Source: Malacoraja senta
Lineage: Eukaryota
NCBI GenBank assembly: GCA_038087875.1
Contig: CM075999.1
Span: 2,420,001 to 2,484,000, forward strand
DNA length: 64,000 nt
Reading direction: 5' to 3'
Part shown: positions 12,806 to 26,040 of the stretch, piece by piece
How positions within the stretch are numbered: position 1 is the first letter of the stretch
How the letters are laid out: each line of letters starts with the position of its first letter
Notes under the pieces: generated by a model
Told to the model about the DNA's origin: nothing
Seen by the model: only the letters and a program-made list of their open reading frames with translations
The model's database searches: none
Made by a program: the position numbers and the translations under genes

Positions 12806-13437
12806 ATAGACAATAGACAATAGACAATAGGTGCAGGAGTAGGCCATTCGGCCCTTCGAGCCAGCACCGCCATTCAATGTGATCATGGCTGATCATCCCC
12901 AATCAGTACCCCGTTCCTGCCTTCTCCCCATATCCCCTGACTCTGCTATCTTTAAGAGCCCTATCTAGCTCTCTCTTGAAAGTATCCAGAGAAGTGGCCT
13001 CCACCGCCCTCTGAGGCAGAGAATTCCACAGACTCACAACTCTCTGTGTGAAAATGTTTTTCCTCGTCTCCGTTCTAAATGGCTTACTCCTTATTCTTAA
13101 ACTGTGGCCCCTGGTTCTGGACTCCACCAACATCGAGAACATGTTTCCTGCCTCTAGCATGTCCAAACCCTCAATAATCTTATATGTTTCAATAAGATTC
13201 CCTCTCATCCTTCTAAATACCAGTATGTACAAGCCCAGCCATCCCGGGAATTAACCTTGTAAACCTACGCTGCACTCCCTCAATAGCAAGAATGTCCTTT
13301 CTCAAATTAGGGGACCAAAACTGCACACAATACTCAAGGTGTGGTCTCACTAGGGCTCTGTACAACTGCAGAAGGACCTGTTTGCTCCTATACTCAACTC
13401 CTCTTGTTATGAAGGCCAACATGCCATTCGCTTTCAT
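12806..13437 (-). mobile_element. CR1 LINE 3' fragment, (CTATTGT)n-tailed subfamily
   Basis: Translates KANGMLAFITRGVEYRS...RPHLEYCVQFWSP...GYGEKAGTGY; tail reads tagacaatagacaatag on the + strand. Confidence 0.92.
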
Positions 13438-13872
13438 GAATCAATGAATGAATGAATGAATACTTTATTGTCACATGTGACAAGTCACAGTGAAATTCTT
13501 TGTTTTGTACACACCAGGTATGCAAAGAGTTGGCAGATAAAGGGCGTAGACAAAGTTACAAATTCCTCCTTCGTTCCCGGAGCCGCGACCTCCAGGAAGT
13601 CCCTTGTTTGCATATTGTGCCTCTCCTAACTTTATAAACTTCATAAGTTCATAAATGATAGGAGCAGAATTAGGCCATTCGGCCCATCAAGTCTACTCCG
13701 CCATCCAATCATGGCTGATCTATCTCTCATTCTCCTGCCTTCTGCCCGTAACCTCTGACACCCACACTAATCAAGAATCTATGTATCTCTGCCTTATACT
13801 TCTATCTTATATACTTTTGTTATTTAAAGGCGCTCCCTTCTCTCACGCTGGCGCCATTGACAAGCGTGGTGA

Positions 13873-14146
13873 TGGACCTGTCCCACTGTACGAGGTAATT
13901 CAAGAGTTCTCCCGAGTTTAAAAAAAAATCAAACTCGTAGAATTAACGTAGCGGGTACGTCGGAGTTCAGGACGTCTCTTAGCGGCTCGTAACGCTAACG
14001 GCAGGTACTCGGGAAACGCGGTAAGCCCGTGAAGATTTTTCAACACGTTGAAAAATGTCCACGAGAGCCCCGAGTACCTACGAGCGGCCATTTCAGGGGA
14101 AACTCGGGAGAACTCTTGAATTAGCTCGTACAGTGGGACAGGCCCT
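13873..14146. mobile_element. PIF/Harbinger-type MITE (same family as 24813 and 35115)
   Basis: ~47-bp TIRs cctgtcccactgtacgag..aattcaagagttctcccgagttt; TAA on the right flank. Confidence 0.85.
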
Positions 14147-14487
14147 TAATACTCATGTTGTTATTAAAGATCTACTGGCACTGAGCTCTTGCTTTGATTT
14201 TGTACCGTGGGAAGGTCCAGTCCATCTGAAATGAATGAGGACCGTGTGAACCATTGGCCAAGATTCCCAATGAATGCTTTATCCACAGGGCGTTGGTGGA
14301 AAGATATGGAAATTTGACTGAATCTGGTGCCATTTGTGATTATTTGGTCTTGACTTTGCAAAGACACATGGAGCCAGCTGCTCAAGTTAATAAACGCTTC
14401 ACACTTGGCAAGGGAAACCGATTACCGCATTAGTCTGACAGGGTTGCATGACAACTAACACGATCAAAATGCATTCACAGCAACAAC

Positions 14488-15103
14488 TGGGGCGGCAAGG
14501 TGGCGCCGCTGGTAGAGCCGCTGCCTCACGGCGCCAGAGACCCGAGTTCGATCCTGGCCTCGGGTGCTGCCTGTGTGGAGTTCGCACGTTCTCCCCAAGT
14601 GACCACTTGGGTTTCCTTCGTGTGCTCCGGTTTCCTCTCACATCTCAAAGACGTGTAGGTTTGCAGGTTAAATGGCTCTGTAAATTGTCGCGAGTATGTA
14701 GGGACTGGATGCAGGAGAAGGATAACTCGTGCCGATGGCCGCCATGGACTCGGTGGGCCGAAGAGCCTGTTTCGATGCTGTATCTTTCAATCAATTCAAT
14801 TAATCAATCAATGGGCGGCACGGTGGTGCAGCGGTAGAGTTGCTGCCTTACAGCGCCAGAGACCCGGGTTCGATCCTGACTACGGGTGCTTGTCTGTACA
14901 GAGTTTGTACGTGGGTTTACTCCGAGATCTTCGGTTTCCTCCCACACTCCAAAGACGTACAGGTTTGTAGGTTAATTGGTATAAATGTAAATTGTCCCTA
15001 GTGTGTGCAGGATAGTGTTAGTGTGCGGGGATCGCTGGTCGGTGCGGACTCGGTGGGGCCGAAGGGCCTGTTTCCGCGCTGTATCTCTAAACTAAACTAA
15101 ACT
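14488..15103 (+). mobile_element. Two tandem V-SINEs: an older (TCAA)n-tailed copy (14488-14811) and a (TAAAC)n-tailed copy (14813-15103)
   Basis: Two consecutive A/B-box heads and V cores. Confidence 0.87.
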
Positions 15104-15263
15104 CAACCAATTACACACCATACTCACTGCTATTTCCCTCATTGTCTAATTTACTTTGAGCTTAATTCTGTTTAGTTGACCCAATAAAATCTAACGTACA
15201 ATGCTGTCGCCATCTTCTTTATGGCACCTTATTTTTAACCATCTCCCAGCTATAGAAAGATAA

Positions 15264-15577
15264 TAGACTTTAGACTTCAGAGATACAGAGCGGCAACAGG
15301 CCCTTCAGCCCACCGAGTCCGCACTGACCCGTACACTCCATACACTAACACTATCCTACACGCACCAGGGACAATTTACAATTTTACTGAAGCCAATTAA
15401 CCTACAAACCCGTGCATCTTTGGAGTGTGGGAGGAAACCTGAGCTCCTGGAGAAAACCCACGCAGGTCACGGGGAGAACGTACAAACTCCGTACAGACAA
15501 GCACCCGTAGCCGGGATCGAACCCGTGTCTCTGGTGCTGTAAGGCAGCAACTCTACCGCTGCGCCACCGTGCCGCCC
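15264..15577 (-). mobile_element. HE1-like V-SINE (other minus copies: 18895-19103, 21581-21897, 26529-26838, 39590-40940 split, 42965-43248)
   Basis: Reverse complement of the consensus, ending gcgccaccgtgccgccc. Confidence 0.88.
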
Positions 15578-15769
15578 TGATAGGTAATAAGTAAAAATGT
15601 TCTTTGGAGATTGGAGCATCAAAGATGAGGTTGCATTGTGATGGCATCCTTCTAACGAGGCATTAAATTGAGATCTCGGGTTAGGGAGAAGCAACACGGT
15701 GCAAAATTTGAGGAAAACTATGATGTTGTTGAATATTTATTCCTTATATAAATATTAATACTTCTAAAA

Positions 15770-15870
15770 GCCAATTATCTGATCATTATCACTTGCTCTT
15801 GGTAAGAGCTTGCAGATTGCAAATTACTGTGTGTGTGTCCTGTATTACTACAGTGACTGTGCTTCAAAGA
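15770..15870 (+). mobile_element. Ancient DeuSINE-like (AmnSINE1/SacSINE1-type) remnant
   Basis: atctgatcattatcacttgctcttggtaagagcttgcagattgcaaatt...cctgtattactacagtgactgtgcttcaaa resembles the Deu-domain 3' region as I recall it; not database-verified. Confidence 0.55.
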
Positions 15871-16626
15871 TAGGAAGTGCCAGCAGATAGACACAAAATG
15901 CTGGAACATCAAGGAACTGCAGATGCTGGTTTGCACCAAAGAAGGACACTAAAAGCTGGAGTAACTCAGTGGCTGTAGTAACTCGAAGACAGACACAAAA
16001 TGAACGGAGACGAGGAAACACTTTTTCTCACAGAGAGTGGTGAGTCTGTGGAATTCTCTGCCTCAGAGGGCGGTGGAAGCAGGTTCTCTGGATACTTTCA
16101 AGAGAGAGCTAGATAGGGCTCTTAAAGATATGGGGATATGGGGAGAAGGCAGGAACGGGGTACTGATTGGGGATGATCAGCCATGATCACATTGAATGGC
16201 AGTGCTGGCTCGAAGGGCCGAATGGCCTGCTCCTGCACCTATTGTCTAAAATGCTGGAGTAACTCAGCTGGACAGACAGCATCTCTGGAGAGAAGGAATG
16301 GGTGTTGTTTCGGCTCGAGACCCTTCTTCAGACTGAGACTCAGGGGAGAGGGAGTTACAGAGATATGGAAATGTAAAGAGATCAAAAGAAATGAGGATCA
16401 AGGAAAATGTAGAAAAGATCATAGTGCAGGAAGGAACTGCAGATGCTGGTTTAAACTGAAGGTAGACACAAAAAGCTGGAGTAACTCAGGTCGAGTTCGA
16501 ACCAGAGGTCGAATTCGGGTCGAGGTCCTTCATCGTCTGAAGAAGGGTCTCGACCCGAAACATCACCCATTCCTTCTCTCCAGAGATGCTGCCTGTCCCG
16601 CTGAGTTACTCCAGCTTTTTGTGTCT

Positions 16627-17236
16627 AAGTAAGTAAGTAAGTAAGTTTATTGGCCAAGAATTCACATACAAGGAATTTGCCTTGGTGCTCCGCCCACAAG
16701 TAACAACATGACATACAGTGACAGTTACGAATGACTCAGAAAACACTAAACATTAATAATAATAAAGCATTCATGATAAAAAACCATTGATCAAGCATGT
16801 GAACCAACAAAATATCAGATCAAAGGGAGGCTACAGATTTTTGGCTGTTGAGTAGAGCAACTACTCGTGGATAAAAACTGTTTTTATGTCTGGCTGTGGC
16901 AGCTTTGACAATCCGGAGTCGCCTTCCAGAGGGAAGTGATTCAAAGAGTTTGTGACCAGGGTGAGAGGGGTCAGAGATGATTTTGCCCACTCGCTTCCTG
17001 GCCCTTGCAGTGTACAGTTCATCAATGGAGGGAAGGTTGCAGCCAATAACCTTCTCTGCTGATCGGACGATTCGCTGCAGCCTCCAGGTGTCGTGCTTGG
17101 TGGCTGAGCCAAACCAGACCATGATGGAGAAGGTGAGAACAGACTCTACGATGGTCGTGTAGAATTGGACCATCATTGCCCGTGGCAGATTGTGCTTCCT
17201 CAGCTGCCGTAGGAAGTACATCCTCCGTTGTGCCTT
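16627..17236 (-). mobile_element. Rex1/Babar-like LINE 3' fragment
   Basis: MYFLRQLRKHNLP...IISDPSHPGHKLFESLPSGRR...RHKNSFYP; (CTTA)n tail. Confidence 0.85.
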
Positions 17237-18602
17237 ATTTAGAATAGATCATTGTTAGCTGGGAGAAGGTGACAACAAAGCAAACAGAGATAAAATGTAA
17301 ACAGGGGGACAGTCAGACTGGCCGGAGAACTGGGCAGGGGGAGGGATGGAGAGAGAGGGGAAGCAAGAGTTACTTGAAGTTAGAGAAGTCAATGTTCATA
17401 CCGCTGGGTATAAGCTACCCGAGCGAAATATGAGGTGCTGTTCCTCCAATTTGCGCTGGGCCTCAAACACCTTGGGATATACTGAAGGGGACAGAGAATG
17501 ATCCCCTTGATAGATCAACCATGATTGATTGGCGGAGTAGACTTGATGGGCTGAATGGCCTAATTCTATTCCTATCGCTTATGACCTTATGACCTTAATG
17601 TGTAAAGAGAGGGCGACTGCTTTGAGTATTTTGTGAAGGATTGTGATTGTGAACTAACGCGGCTGACTCTGGAATGCCAGTTTTATGTTAATGTGGGGAC
17701 CCGCCTGGTGTTAATGAGATTTATGACATTTATGAAAATTAATTTTTCACACAGGTGTATGGAGCGAGCTGCCAGAACATGTAGTTGAGATAGGTAGATT
17801 GAAAAGACATTTGGACAGGTACATGGATAGGACAGGTTTAGAGGAACATGGGCAGGTGAGACTCGTGTAGATGGGACACAAAGTGCTGGAGTAACTCAGC
17901 GGGACAGGCAACATCTCTGGAGAGAAGGGATGCGTAATGTTTCGGGGTCGAGACCCTTCTTCAGACTGGTCAGGGATAAGGGAAACGAGAGATATAGACG
18001 GTGATGTGAGGAGACGGAGACGGGGGGAATCACAGAGGGGGAGCAGCGAGAGAGGAGGAGAACTTCTTTAAAGTAGATGGGACATGTTGGTAGGTGCAGG
18101 CAAGTTGGGCCGAAGGGCCTGCTTCTGCTCTACGACTCAATAGACAATAGACAATAGGTGCAGGAGTAGGCCATTCGGCCCTTCGAGCCAGCACCACCAT
18201 TCAATGTGATCATGGCTGATCATCCCCAATCAGTACCCCGTTCCTGCCTTTCTCCCCATATCCCCTGACTCCGCTATCTTTAAGACTCGATGACTCTATG
18301 CCTGCTGTTAATCAATGAAGCACAGTATGATAAATATGTTTAATTCATTTATTAAATGCTACAGCTCTCTGTCCATTTCCCCCATTCATGTAGGTGGATT
18401 GATTGGACCACGGCAGAAGCTTTTAGTACATTAGCCTTTCCTTTTAGTACAATTAGCATGGCAGTAAAAACGCTGAGGAGTTATAAACAATGATAGGAAA
18501 CTGTTTCTGACCTGCTGGGTTGTTTAGTAGATCCAGCCCATCCTGTTTCTGATGTGTAAATAATCAGTGCCCCTAATCAGTACCTGCCAGAATTAATTTT
18601 AA

Positions 18603-18810
18603 CAGAGGGCGGTGGAGGCCAGTCCTCTGGATACTTTCAAGAGAGAGCTCGATAGGGCTCTTAAAGATAGCGGAGTCAGGGGATATGGGGAGAAGGCAGG
18701 AACGGGGTACTGATTGGGGATGATCAGCCATGATCACATTGAATGCCGGTGCTGGCTCGAAGGGCCGAATGTCCTGCTCCTGCACCTATTGTCTATTGTC
18801 TATTGTCTAT
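18603..18810 (+). mobile_element. Short CR1 3' fragment (similar copies at 16003-16247+, 18139-18285-, 49225-49450+, 56957-57152-)
   Basis: Conserved CR1 3' end ggggatatggggagaaggcaggaacggggtactga... plus CTATTGT tail. Confidence 0.88.
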
Positions 18811-19266
18811 ACCTTCTGAACCTTCTGAACCTTCTGAATTTTGTAGTTGGCAGGGCAGTACTCTGCATATCGCCAACTTGGACAATTTTACTTTTTTTTA
18901 AAATCAAGCCAATTTACGTACAAACCTGTACGTCTTTGGAGTGTGGGAGGAAAGCGAAGTTCTCGGAGAAAACCCACACGGGTCACGGGGAGAACATACA
19001 AACTCCATACAGACAGCCACCCGTAGTCGGGATCGAACCCAGGTCTCTGGCGCTGCATTTTGCTGTAAGGCAGCAACTCTACCGCTGCGCCACCATGACT
19101 GCCCTATAAGTGTTGGACTGTTCAAAATGTCCAGCAGAATGAGGTCCGTGGGGGAATGTTGCCGACTGGCCCGCTCCAGACTGCAGGAGTACGTGCTGAG
19201 GGACGCACTGAAGCTCGGTGCAGCCAACGCCAAGGCTCGGTGCGGGAGGCCCACAGTCCCTTCCGC

Positions 19267-19946
19267 ATAGATAGAGTGGATGTGGAGAGGATGTTTCCAC
19301 TGGTGGGAGACTCCAGGACTAGAGGTCATAGCCTCAGAATTAAAGGGCGCTCTTTTAGAAAGGAGGTGAGGAGGAACTTCTTTCGTCAGAGATGGTCACA
19401 AAAAGCTGGAGTAACTCAGCGGGACAGGCGGCATTTCTGGAGAGAAGGAATGGGTGACGTTTTCGGTCGAGACCCTTCTTCAGAGTCTGAAGTTGCCTGT
19501 CCCGCTGAGTTACTCCAGCTTTTTGTGTCTATCTTCGGTTTAAACAAACATCTGCAGTTCCTTCCTACAAACCTCTTTAGTCAGAGGGCAGTTAATCTGT
19601 GGAACTCATTGCCACAGAGGGAGGGCTGTGGAGGACAAGTCAGTGGATATTTTTAAGGCAGAGATAGACAAGTTCTTGATTAGAACGTCAAGGTGTCAAG
19701 GGTTATGGGGAGAAGGCAGGAGAGTGTGATTAGGGGGCAGAGATCAGCCATGATTGAATAGTGGAGTGGACTCGAAGGGCCGAATAGCCTAATTCTACTC
19801 AAAGAATTTAGACTGCTAGAATTCGTAACTGTCACTGTATGTCATGTTGTTACTTGTGGGCGGAGCACCAAGGCAAATTCCTTGTATGTGAATACTTGGC
19901 CAATAAACTTACTTACTTACATACTTAGAACTTGTGAACATGTGAA
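19267..19946 (+). mobile_element. CR1 3' fragment inserted into a Tx1-like fragment, itself carrying nested insertions
   Basis: TSD cttccgc at 19260-19266 and 19947-19953. Contains a palindromic Penelope-derived element (~19398-19570) and a Rex1-like 3' tail (~19825-19926). Confidence 0.8.
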
Positions 19947-20402
19947 CTTCCGCTGCTGGACATTGGGGGGACAGAGTCCGGTGGGGGCACCCCTCAAATG
20001 AGGGAGGGGATACCACCCCAGGGGGTGGCACATGAGTGGTAAGGATGCCGCGTATAATAATAATTGTACTAATTACAACGCTAAAATATTTCGCGTCTGA
20101 AGAAGGGCCTCAACCCGAACCCTCACACATTCCTTCTCTCCGGAGATGCTGCCTGTCCCGTTGAGTTACTCCAGCATTTTGTGTTAAACAGCATCTTCTG
20201 TTTAAACCAGCACCTGCAGTTCCTTGGTAGACACAAAATGCTGGAGTAACTCAGCGGGACAGGCAGCATCTCTGGAGAGAAGGAATGGGCTACGTTTCGG
20301 GATGAGACCCTCCTTCTTCAGACTGATCCAGAGATGCTGCCTCGCCCGCTGAGTTACTCCAGCATTTTGTGTCTACCTTCGATTTAAACCAGCATCTGCA
20401 GT

Positions 20403-21046
20403 CAGGGGCGGAAAACCCGGGGGGGCCAGAGGGGACACGTCCCCTCCATGTTTTGAGAGGTGGGGGACATCCCCCCAAGTTTTTGTAATCCGGATTTTAA
20501 AATCCGGTGATCGAGGAGAGAGACGTCGGTCAGCAGGCAATGGGGGCGGGACATGATTCAGCGCGATGATTGGAGGAGGGAGACGTGGCACAGACCTGCG
20601 CTTCATCCGCAGGCAGGATCGATCCCGGCCGGGTCTCCGGCGCTGTCCTGTCCCCACCCGAGTGCCCCCCCCACCCCACAGGTGGCCAGAGAGGTCGGGA
20701 GCAAAGATCCTCCGCTATAGGATCTTTTGGTCGGCAGTCAGACGGGCCAGTGCAGAGAAACAGCGCTAAACCCAGCTAACTCCGCCTGTCCCGCCAGGTG
20801 AGCTTACAACCCTTCCTGGACTTGCGGGAAATATGGCCAGCGCGGAGAAGCAGCGCTGGTATCCCGTCAGTCCAGGCAGGGCTGTAGTTAACCCGGCGAG
20901 GCAGGCAGAGTTGAGCTGCATTTAACGCTGGATTGAGCCTCTGAAGCCTCGCGCGCGCGTGTGTGTGTGTGTGCGCATGCGCGCGTGGCCGCCAAAAAAT
21001 GGTGTCCCCCGTCCCCTCCATGTTTTGATAACGAGTTCCGCTCTTG
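20403..21046. mobile_element. hAT-type non-autonomous DNA transposon
   Basis: Termini caggggcggaa / ttccgctcttg; 8-bp TSD tctgcagt / tctgctgt (20395-20402, 21047-21054); subterminal repeat cgtcccctccatgttttga near both ends. Confidence 0.82.
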
Positions 21047-24000
21047 TCTGCTGTTCTTTCGTACACATACAATACAATACCGTTTATTGTCATTTGAACC
21101 TCAAATGAAGTTCAAACGAAATTCGGTTTCTGCAGTCATACAAACAAGAAAAGAACCAAGACACACACCAACACAATTTACACAAACATCTGCAGTTCCT
21201 TGCTGCACGAATGTATTGATTTCCATCCGCTGAGAATGTCGGGAGAATATTTGCCCAGTGTTTGTTTTGTATATATTTTTTATTCTGAACAAAGTTTATA
21301 TTTGGAAATGAAAATAATTAAATCACAGTGTGACAATCACGCAGTAGTGGTAAGTGGGCAGAGTGCTGTATGATTGAAACTTAACAAAAAATGAACTAAC
21401 TGCAAATGCTTTGTTTTGGCCCCCCAGCATTGACTTACACATTACAGATCCACTGATCCAGTGTTCTGATGGATGTTATGGTTTTCACATCTTTTCATGG
21501 ATTGAAAATACATCATCTTAAATTAACAGGATCCGTAATGGTGTCCAGAATCCTTGCGGTTCAGTTTAGTTTATTGTCACGTTTAGTTTTATTTCGTTTA
21601 GTTTAGAGATACATTGCGGAAACAGGCACTTCGGCCTGCCGGGTCCGCGCCGACCAGCGATCCCTGCACATTAACACCTACTAGGGACAATTTTTAAAAA
21701 CATTTACCAAGCCAATTATCCTACAAACCTGCACATCTTTAGAGTGTGGGAGGAAACCGAAGATCTCGGAGAAAACCCACGCAGGTCACGGGGAGGACGT
21801 ACAAACTCCGTACAGACGGCACCAGTAGTCGGGATCGAACCCGGATCTCCGGCGCTGCATTCGCTGTAAGGCAGCAACTCTACCCCTGCGCCACTGTATA
21901 TCTAAAAGATTGTTGGTAGACAAAAGTGGTGGAGAAACTCAGCGGGTGCAGCAGCATCTATGGAGCGAAGGAAATAGGCAACGTTTCGGGCCGAAACCCT
22001 TCTTCAGAGAAGAAAGGAAAAAGGAAGAGGAGGAGCCTGAGGGCTGAGGGAGAGCTGAGAAGGGGAGGAGACAGCAAGGGCTACTGGAAATTGGAGAATT
22101 CAATGTTTATGCTGCTAGGGTGCAGACTGCCCAAGCGGAATATGAGGTGCTGCTCCTCCAATTTCTGATGGTGCTCACTCTGGCCATGGAGGAGGCCCAG
22201 GACAGAGAGGTCGGATTCGGAATGGGAGGGGGAGTTGAAGTCTGAGCCACCGGGAGGTCAGGTTGGTTAATGCGGACCGAGTGGAGGTGTTCGGCGAAAC
22301 GATCGCCAAGTCTACGCTTGGTCTCACCGATGTAGATCAGCTGTTATCTAGAGCAGCGGATGCAATAGATGAGGTTGGAGGAACAATCTAAAAGAATTGT
22401 TGCATGCTAACCAGTCAGTGGAAAGACAATACATGATTAGTTACAATCGAGCCATTCACAGTGTACAGATACAGCATAAAGGGAATAACGTTTAGTGCAA
22501 AGTAAAGTCCTGTAAAGTCTGATTACTGATAATCCGAGGGTCTCCAATGAGGCTTCAATCCAGACTCAGTGGACCAAAGAGCCTGCTTCCGTGCTGTATC
22601 TCCAAAGCCTAAAGTCTAAGGATGAAATTTATTTTCATCTCACCACCTCTCTCACATCTCAAGCCTTCAACCAAGTACAGCACGCATAAGGATGCGAAAA
22701 TAGACAGCGAGGAGGTGTTGGAGATTCACTGTGATGGATGTTTGTGTAAATTGTCTTAAGTGTGGGTCTTGTTTTTTTTTGTAATGTTAAGACTGTAGGA
22801 AATGCAATTTTGGTCAAACCAAGCTGTTTGAGTGACAATAAAAGGCATTCTATTCTAGACTCACAATGCTGGAGTAACTCAGTGGAACAGACAGCATCTC
22901 TGGAGAGAAGGAATGGGTCAAGAGATGGAAGGATGCGATCTGGATCAATCAGTCCCAAGAAGAGTCCCGGTCCGAAATGTTGTTTGTCCATTCCCTCCAC
23001 AGATGCTGCCTGTCCCGCTGAGTTGCTCCAGCACTTGCAATACCTTGTGTCTCTGTTTTACTGCTCCGAGGAGCTTTTTCGTTTAGTTTCGTGACCCAAC
23101 TCACAGAACTACCTGAATTTTTAACATATTGTGTAAAAATATGATATAAATCATACCTGAAACTCGTCAAGACCAAAACCTGCACATTTTAAAGAAATAT
23201 GAGAAAAAACTCAAATTTTCTGAGTAGTAATTGCCCAATCAATGGACGTTTGACATTGAGGTCGGACACAAATTGGCCAATCCCACACTTTGTTTTATGA
23301 TCGCTAGGCAGCGAGGACGCTGGGATCATGGCTGCCTCCTCATTACATCAATAGCAATAGCAAGGTTTCCAAGGATAAAGGTAACGCTAACCTTGCTGAT
23401 CATTTTGTTTTTCATTTATCTTTATAATGTTATAATGTGTACTGGTAAATAAAAATGATAAATAACAAATGTAGAGCTAGGGTTAGGATTAGGGTCAGTC
23501 TGCTTGTCAGTCAGTTTGTTTCTCAGTCAGTCTGTCTGTTAATCTGTCGGTCGGGCCGCCGGGAGGTGAGCGTTGAGCCGGGCCTCCGGTGAATGCTGCG
23601 AAGAGTCGGTTGGGCTGTCGGCCGGCGTTGCAGCAAGCGAGCGGGCGGTCTGATGGAGCCGGCGCTATCTGGGTGTTGAAGGCGGCCCGGGCGACGTGCA
23701 GGGCAGTGCTGCCCCCCTCCATCGCCACCACCAGAACGGCATGCTGGCCGAGATGGACGCGCTGCGGGGCCACAGTACGAAACCCGCAGCCGGTCCCAAA
23801 GCGGCTCCAGCTCCAGCCTTGGGCAGCTCAGGGAGGGGGGCGAGGTAGGGTTAGGGGGCATTTTCCTGCCTTAGCCTTTCCCCAGCCTGGCACTGCTCCA
23901 GTCCCACTATGGCCGTGACCCCCACTCTGCACACTGGCAGTCAGTGGGGTTCAGTAAACGGGGGAACCCAGAAGAACTGCCCTGACCTATTAATTAGGCT

Positions 24001-24812
24001 GCTTCAAGAGGACCTCTGCAGCAGTTCATTTAAAAAACCCTCACAATTATATTCATTATATTATTTTTACAGAATACAATTAAACATAATTATATATGAT
24101 TACAGTCATGTATATAAGACAGCTGCCTGTTATATACATATGGGTGACGTTTCGGGTCGAATGGGTGACGTTTCGGTCAAGACCCTACTTCAGCCTGAAG
24201 AAACGTCACCCATTCCTTCTCTTCAGAGATGCTGCTCGTCCCGCTGAGTTACTCCAGCTTTTTGTGTTCCTTTCTTTGACATCAGGATAAGGGATCAAAC
24301 TAACCGGGATCCAAAACTGGCCTGTCAATCTCACGTCCTCAGGAGCGATGTAGAAAACCAGCTTCACTTCCACGCCGTATCTTGGCGACATCAAATGTTA
24401 CGTGTCAAAGCTAAGACATCACGATGTATCTGTTGTTAAATCCTTTGAAGACTTTCTTTGCATGTAAACAGCCTTAGCTGTTTACTCCAAAGCATCTTTC
24501 ATCAGATGCTTCCTGATGCCACTTTCATTGAACCAGAGAATTTAAGAACTGTGCTCTTTCTATCCAAGAGATAATTCCTTGTCCTGTACCCATTAACTTT
24601 TTATCCACTTTAATCACTATTGGCTGCTATCGTTAATGTCATGTTATTCTTTGATCCTAAAGTTCTCCATTGGAAGACAAGCTACTCATTCATCTCAAGT
24701 AACTTCAAAGGCAGTCTGTGTACTTTTTAAATATTCTTTCACCGCAGCACGGTGGCGCAGCGGTAAAGTCGCTGCCTCACAGCGCCAGAGAACCAGGTTC
24801 AATCCTGACCAG

Positions 24813-25131
24813 TGGCCCTGTCCTACTGTACGAGTTCATTCAAGAGCTCTCCCGAGTTTAAAAAAAATTCAAACTCGTGGTAAGCACGGAGAATGTACGT
24901 AGCTGGTACGTCGGAGCTCGGGGATGTCTCTTAGCGGCTCGTAACGCTAACGGCAGGTACTTGGAAACCGTGGTAAGCTCGGGAAGAACTCGTGAAGATT
25001 TTTCAACATGTTGGAAAATGTCCACAAGAGCCCCGAGTACCTACAAGCGGCCATTACCATAAATCTCCGAGTTCGAATCAGGGGAAGCTCGGGAGAACTC
25101 TTGAACGAACTCGTACAGTGGGACAGGGCTT
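24813..25131. mobile_element. PIF/Harbinger-type MITE inserted just after the SINE B box
   Basis: Same interior as 13873 and 35115; splits ggttcaatcctgac|gggcgctgtc. Confidence 0.85.
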
Positions 25132-25533
25132 TAAGGGCGCTGTCTCCCCGTGACCTGTGTGGGTTTTCTCCGGGTGCTCCAATTCCTCCCACACTCCAAA
25201 GACGTACAGGTTTGTAGGTTAATTATCTTTCATATGAATGTAAATTGTCCCCAGTGTGTGTAGGATTCTGCTAGCGTGCGGGGATCGCTGGTCGGCGCGG
25301 ACTCGGTGGGCCGAATGGCCTGTCTCCACGCTGTATCTCTAAATCTAAACTAAAGGTAAACTATCAGTTTCTTCCCAGCTGTTATCAGGCAACCGAACCA
25401 TCCTACCACAACTAGAGAGCGGTCCTGAGCTACTATCTACCTCATTGCAGACCCTCAGACTATTTTGATCGGACTTCACTGGACTTTACCTTGCACTAAA
25501 CGTTATTCTCGATATCATTTACCTGTACACTGT

Positions 25534-26040
25534 TTTAAGAAGGAACTGCAGATGCTGGAAAATCGAAGGTAGACAAAAGTGCTGGAGAAACTCAGCGGGT
25601 GCAGCAGCGTCTATGGAGCGAAGGAAATAGGCAACGTTTCGGGACGAACCCTTAAGGGTTTCGGCCCGAAACGTTGCCTATTTCCTTAAGGGTTTCGGAT
25701 GAAACGTTGCCTATTTCCTTAAGGGTTTCGGGATGAAACGTTGCCTATTTCCTTAAGGGTTTCGGCCCAAAACGTTGCCTATTTCCTTAAGGGTTTTCGG
25801 GATGAAACGTTGCCTATTTCCTTAAGGGTTTCGGCCCAAAACGTTGCCTATTTCCTTAAGGGTTTCGGGATGAAACGTTGCCTATTTCCTTAAGGGTTTC
25901 GGGATGAAACGTTGCCTATTTCCTTAAGGGTTTCGGCCCGAAACGTTGCCTATTTCCTTAAGGGTTTCGGGCCGAAACGTTGCCTATTTCCTTCGCCACA
26001 GATGCTGCTGCACCCGCTGAGTTTCTCCAGCACTTTTGTC
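25534..26040. mobile_element. Palindromic Penelope-derived element with internal 34-bp tandem array
   Basis: Inverted arms; 14-bp TSD tacctgtacactgt at 25520-25533 and 26041-26054. Confidence 0.85.
25654..25993 (+). repeat. Tandem repeat, 10 x ~34 bp (aagggtttcggcccgaaacgttgcctatttcctt)
   Basis: Units start near 25654, 25688, 25721, 25755, 25789, 25824, 25858, 25892, 25926 and 25960. Confidence 0.95.

Noticed and set aside
25654..25993. CRISPR-like array of ~34-bp repeats
   Set aside because: Units are directly adjacent with no unique spacers, there are no cas genes, and the unit derives from the surrounding retroelement in vertebrate DNA.
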